From: Balanoglossus misakiensis
Taxonomy: Eukaryota > Animalia > Hemichordata
DNA: 64,000 nt
Direction of reading: 5' to 3'
Assembly (NCBI GenBank): GCA_040954595.2
Contig: CM082593.2
Span: 6,980,043 to 7,044,042 of the forward strand
The translations under genes and the position numbers were made by a program. Positions 59,190 to 64,000 of this stretch are shown piece after piece; positions within the stretch are counted from its first letter, which is position 1, and each line of letters opens with the position of its first letter. The notes below the pieces were generated by a model. It had not been told where the DNA came from and did not search any database. It worked only from the letters and a program-made list of their open reading frames with translations.

Positions 59190-62100
59190 GTGAGTGGTTA
59201 CCCGTTACATTGGCTTTCCCGCCGCGGCCATATCCCGCGCCACCGCGAATATCTTGTTCCTACCTGCGCGGAGTCAGCCGCGTCTCAAATCACCGCTCGA
59301 CGTGATTTAACTTCCCCGACTGCTTGTCCCCCGAGATGGTAAATTTGTTACGGGAAAACCTAGTTTCATTTGATTTGCTATAATTAGTTTATTGGCGTAC
59401 CGTGGACTTCTTTCAGTAGCATTTGTTGCCGACAAATTGCTGTATCGTTCCTTTTTATAAAAAAAAAAGTGAAACGGCAACTGGTGCGATGTTTTAGAGG
59501 GCAACGCGCACAGAACAGCAGCGCAGTGACGTTCGTTGATTATACATGTACATGTCTGAAACATGTTCACACAAATTGAACGCCGAGAGGCAACTTTGTC
59601 AAGGTATTGCCTCGCTTTACGACAACAAAACGCTCACACAGTACACCAGACCGACTGGAACTATACAAAACGCATTGTCGTATAGCTTTTTTGTAACTGT
59701 TCCGTCATATTGAACGTGTCCGACAACAGAAATGCGTTAGGGTATATACGAGACGGGTATCTCTTTTCGATACATGCACGGCGTTGTGTCGATCGACAAA
59801 GCAAAGAAACTTGTCCGAGAAAGTGTATTTGTATCTACAGAAGGGCCATTCCAATTTTCACGCGAGAAAAACGCACACCTCTCAACTTGGAACTCAAATC
59901 ACGTAACGACAATGTAGAGTCCCCCTTAAAAGTTAATGCCCGAATTAACGCGCTGATAGGGATATACAGTATATAACACTATACAAAAGAACATTAGATT
60001 TTCTTCGAATATTGGCGCGGAGCTGGCAAATATTGGCCAGTCTGAACGCGTAAAAATTAGGGACAATGTGCAAAATTTGAACGACAAAATTAGAAGGTGT
60101 GTTTGTGCTGCTTACCGCGCGTATCTAAGAATACACCGTGGGCGCGCGCTCGCTGAAGACAGGCGCTCTGTCTTTCTCTTATAGAAAGAAGTTCTTCAGA
60201 TTTGATCAGTCCGCCCACTGCGTGCGGTTATCATGATATAGCCAAGGTGACTTCCCTCTTACGAGGAAATCTGCCGTTTTACTCTGTCGAGTCCTGACCT
60301 AAAATAGAAATCAGGCCTCCTCTATAATGCACATAAAGTTCCCATTCACCCGGAGGCGAAATTGTTGTTTTTGCAGAATGGAGTCAATTTTCTATTTTTC
60401 CGTATTACGGCGAAGGAGCAAAAAAAAAAAGCTTGATCATTTTATCCCGTTCTTCAAAAGCATGCACGTTCATTTTATGTCATACGCACTCTGATAAAAA
60501 TAAGAATATGCTATACAGAGACATAATCAGCGAAAAAAATCTTCCTCATCATTCGCTATTTCAGATTGAAGTATGGAGACATCCGCCGAGCGGGGCAAAT
60601 CAGCATAAGTACCATTAAGGGCAGTTAGGTTTATCTAATGATGCAAATGTGGCAACATATCAACGTGGAATGCGTAAACACTTGTTCCGTGGACATATTC
60701 CTCGGAGGGAGAAGGGGGGGGGGGTTGCTTGATGAAGTGACCGGAGTATTCCATCAATGAATATCGTTCTACATTTCCACTGTCCGCTCACAAAATGACC
60801 ACGGCTTTCGTGCGAGCGAGCGAGCGACTGCTGTCAAAATTAGACCACGGGCTCTTCGTTCATGCGCAGTCTCCACCGTTGCCGACAAATTGACTCGAGA
60901 TCTTTAAACGGTGATAAAGCTTTGGTTCTGATAAGAGACGACTTGAAGTTGTTTCTCTACTCCAGCGGAGAGCGAGACGCTCTCGAGGGCAGAAATGAAG
61001 AAAACGACCTTGTACATTTTTTGTAGTTGAAATAGTGATTTGATCAGTCAAAATTTATATATTGTATATACCAGAGATATTCTGCACAAAATATATACAC
61101 ACTTTAATTAAACTCTAGATTTAACACGAATAATAATGCAAGCATGTCTGTAACAGCGTCGTCCAACGACATCACAAAGAACAACAAGAATGCACAAGTA
61201 TTGCAATGACTGTAAAAACCCACGAACATATTGCAGGCTTGCGCATCGCCATTCGTGTTTCAACAACCACTTAATACGTCACATGGTAAATTATCTCGCT
61301 ATTCAGCCCGATCTCCAAATGGAGCATAAATAGAACAAAATACGTCGCCGAGTCTCATAATTGCGAATATGCAGTTTCATAACCATTGCCGATGAACGAT
61401 AAGATGGGGGTAAACCTCGAGAATAGGCAATCTGCATATACATTGCTGACGTCATCACCAACAGGTGCACGGACGCTCTATTGAGATTCCCCGAGTACCT
61501 GACTAAATAGTCACTCACCAAAAGGTTACCAAGGTTACGTAATGTTCCCCGGGGAAGATTTTCAGCAAGTCTGTCAAATCTTTCCATAGCTTCGGGAGAA
61601 GCATTTTTAATTCCACAATTTCACCAGGAAACTTAATCCCTTGGTATACATTGCTCTGTTTCGCCCTGGAGGATTTTTTTGCGGGATATTCTCTTTCAAT
61701 GTCTTTGTGGAGCGACAGTGCTAACCTTTGGTGACCGCGAAAGGTTATATGACTAAAATGTGAGCGCGGTCTGTCTTTTTGGCTCGCAGAGCACATTTGA
61801 ACGTGCAATACGTGTGCATGTTGTTAGACGGTTTGGGTTTCCAGTGGTTCTGAATCTGTAGAGATCCGGAAAAAACATCAAAAGTTAATACTGCGATAAA
61901 ACAGTCTTAATCTTCTCATTGTTTGGTAAAAAAAAGAATGATCCCATTACATAGTGGAGAAACAAGAACTAGGTTGTTCGGTCTCAACTTATAATCCACA
62001 TAAAGCTGATGGCGGCCATTTTGAATCTCAAATAGTAGGCCTATGTACAGGTAGGTTAAAATAATTGTCGTCCTCAACAAACCGCGATGCGGTGACCGAT

Positions 62101-63617
62101 GAATTTACGATTGAAAAGGATAATTTAAAGTTTATTGGGGAAAAAACTTTGATATGACGTAGATAGTGCAAAATGTTGTGATGATTCCTGCTCCAGTTCC
62201 ACAATGCACTGCGCGCTAGCCATAGTGCAGACGACAACCAGGCCATCCCAAATTCACATTTTCACCACATAATACGCACATAACATAACAAATGCAATTA
62301 GCCATTTCAAGAGGAGTTGGGCTTTTCTTGTAAAGAAAAAAATACGCGCACATTGTATTGATTTAACGAATTGCGTCGCCGATGCAAAGTAATACGTTTT
62401 ATAGCACAAATCGTGATTTTTGCAGGTTTTACGGACAGTATACGCTGATTGAAACGGCCGTTCCCGTGACTCCTGGAATATAAACCGGAAATGGGTTTTA
62501 TTTGAAAGCAATGCATTCTGCGTTGACATTTTATATACGTACTATATTACATGCGCCTTGTACTGTCCTAATTTTTGCGTTTCTATACACAACAAGATAT
62601 ACATCTCTTGTAGGGTATGCTGTGATGATGCAAATGATGGGGTTGACCAAAACCCTTCCTCGAATTAGTCTATGAGAAGGATAGGCATGAAGAAAGATAC
62701 CAGAAAAAGATATACGTGTACCATGGTCATACACTGTTTTGGACACTGTAATACGTTCCAAGTATCATTTTCAAAGACACGATATATGTCGGTCAACTTG
62801 CAGTTGTTTTTAAAAACTGCATTCTCCATATATAATTTTGAAATGAAATTATTTTTGTTGGATTTGACACATCGTCGTGTTACCTTCCAGCGCCGAGGTC
62901 ATGGACCAGATGTTGGTCGCTCTACCGGTCTTTTGTCGCTAAGCCATGACTATAACTGCAGCTCGCGCTCGCTCACAAATCTCCTCATGCTTGTCGCATA
63001 GCTGCAACAGCTGAAGATGGGAAAATAACAAAGAAAATTCATTTCACTCAATTGCCACTCGAGCTGGGGGTAACCATGGTGACGCGTGAGGACGAAATGA
63101 AAACTTGTAGATTACAATAGCCAGGTCTATACATGTGCACACAATTAACCCTATATTATGACTTATTAAACCGTCGTTCAGCTATAGGTGGATGGAAAAC
63201 AACTTCATCGGTAAAATGGCCTAGAGTCCCGGACGCCTTTATGTAACACACACACAAAACAGTACCCTGGTTTTATATAATGTCGCCTTTGTTCGTCATG
63301 CAAGCGAAAAACGGGGGACGCGCGGACGCGACGCATAGACGCAATATGTCGTAGTCTCTGCATGACTCTAATCCTATTTTTACATATTCGCGCATTTGTA
63401 CACCAACTCAATACAACTCTCCAAGGATCCGTTCCAAAAGAAAAAACCCTGGTAATCGCGAAGCACATTTGAATGTCAATCGAATTCGTGAATACGCCGA
63501 GAGATGATTATTTTCGCCAGGAGGTTTAATTTGACGCTTCTGAAATATACTGATACGGCTGTACAACAAACCCTTTCATAAGCCATTCATGTATATATGC
63601 AATTTCTTAACAGGCAG

Positions 63618-63649
<32 letters not shown>

Positions 63650-63650
63650 G

Positions 63651-63712
<62 letters not shown>

Positions 63713-63720
63713 TACACACT
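63618..63720. repeat. (CA)n microsatellite
   Basis: Directly visible. Confidence 0.95.
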
Positions 63721-64000
63721 CACGTCACTCACATATATATTTGTGTATCTCACATATCTCACATAATAATATATATATGACATTTATATACATCACATTA
63801 ACATATATATGTATATCGCTATCACTGCTGATGTGAGCAATTGGACAACAGGCGCATTTACATGTATTTATCACGCCTGACTTGATATGTGACGGGTATG
63901 TGATGGCCTTATGATTCTTGCTAATACTGTGACAATGCCAACCAACCCACGTCGAAGCTATTTAAAGACTAGGTCAGAAACGGTTAGATATGACAAGCGT

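Overview
Eukaryotic (metazoan, probably invertebrate deuterostome-like; inferred) genomic window. It contains: (1) an ~7.9 kb array of an 88-bp satellite (1-~7895); (2) a 12-coding-exon minus-strand kelch/KLHL2/3-type BTB-BACK-Kelch gene (CDS ~19240->10688, ~602 aa by my exon assembly); (3) head-to-head with it, a 19-exon plus-strand polycystin-2 (PKD2/TRPP2) gene (27672->50870, ~941 aa with all candidate exons); (4) several TTAA- and TA-flanked MITEs and microsatellites; (5) ~12 kb of mostly non-coding sequence with two candidate promoters/first exons. Best new signal: the kelch stop codon is in the UGA-CUAG readthrough context, followed in frame by a 26-codon coding-like extension (LDMDEEENEACQSCQSITRRMENTAV*) ending in a class I PDZ-ligand-type motif, with an mRNA-strand hairpin over the second stop. 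Exon coordinates were derived by hand from GT/AG boundaries and phase continuity; no database searches were run.
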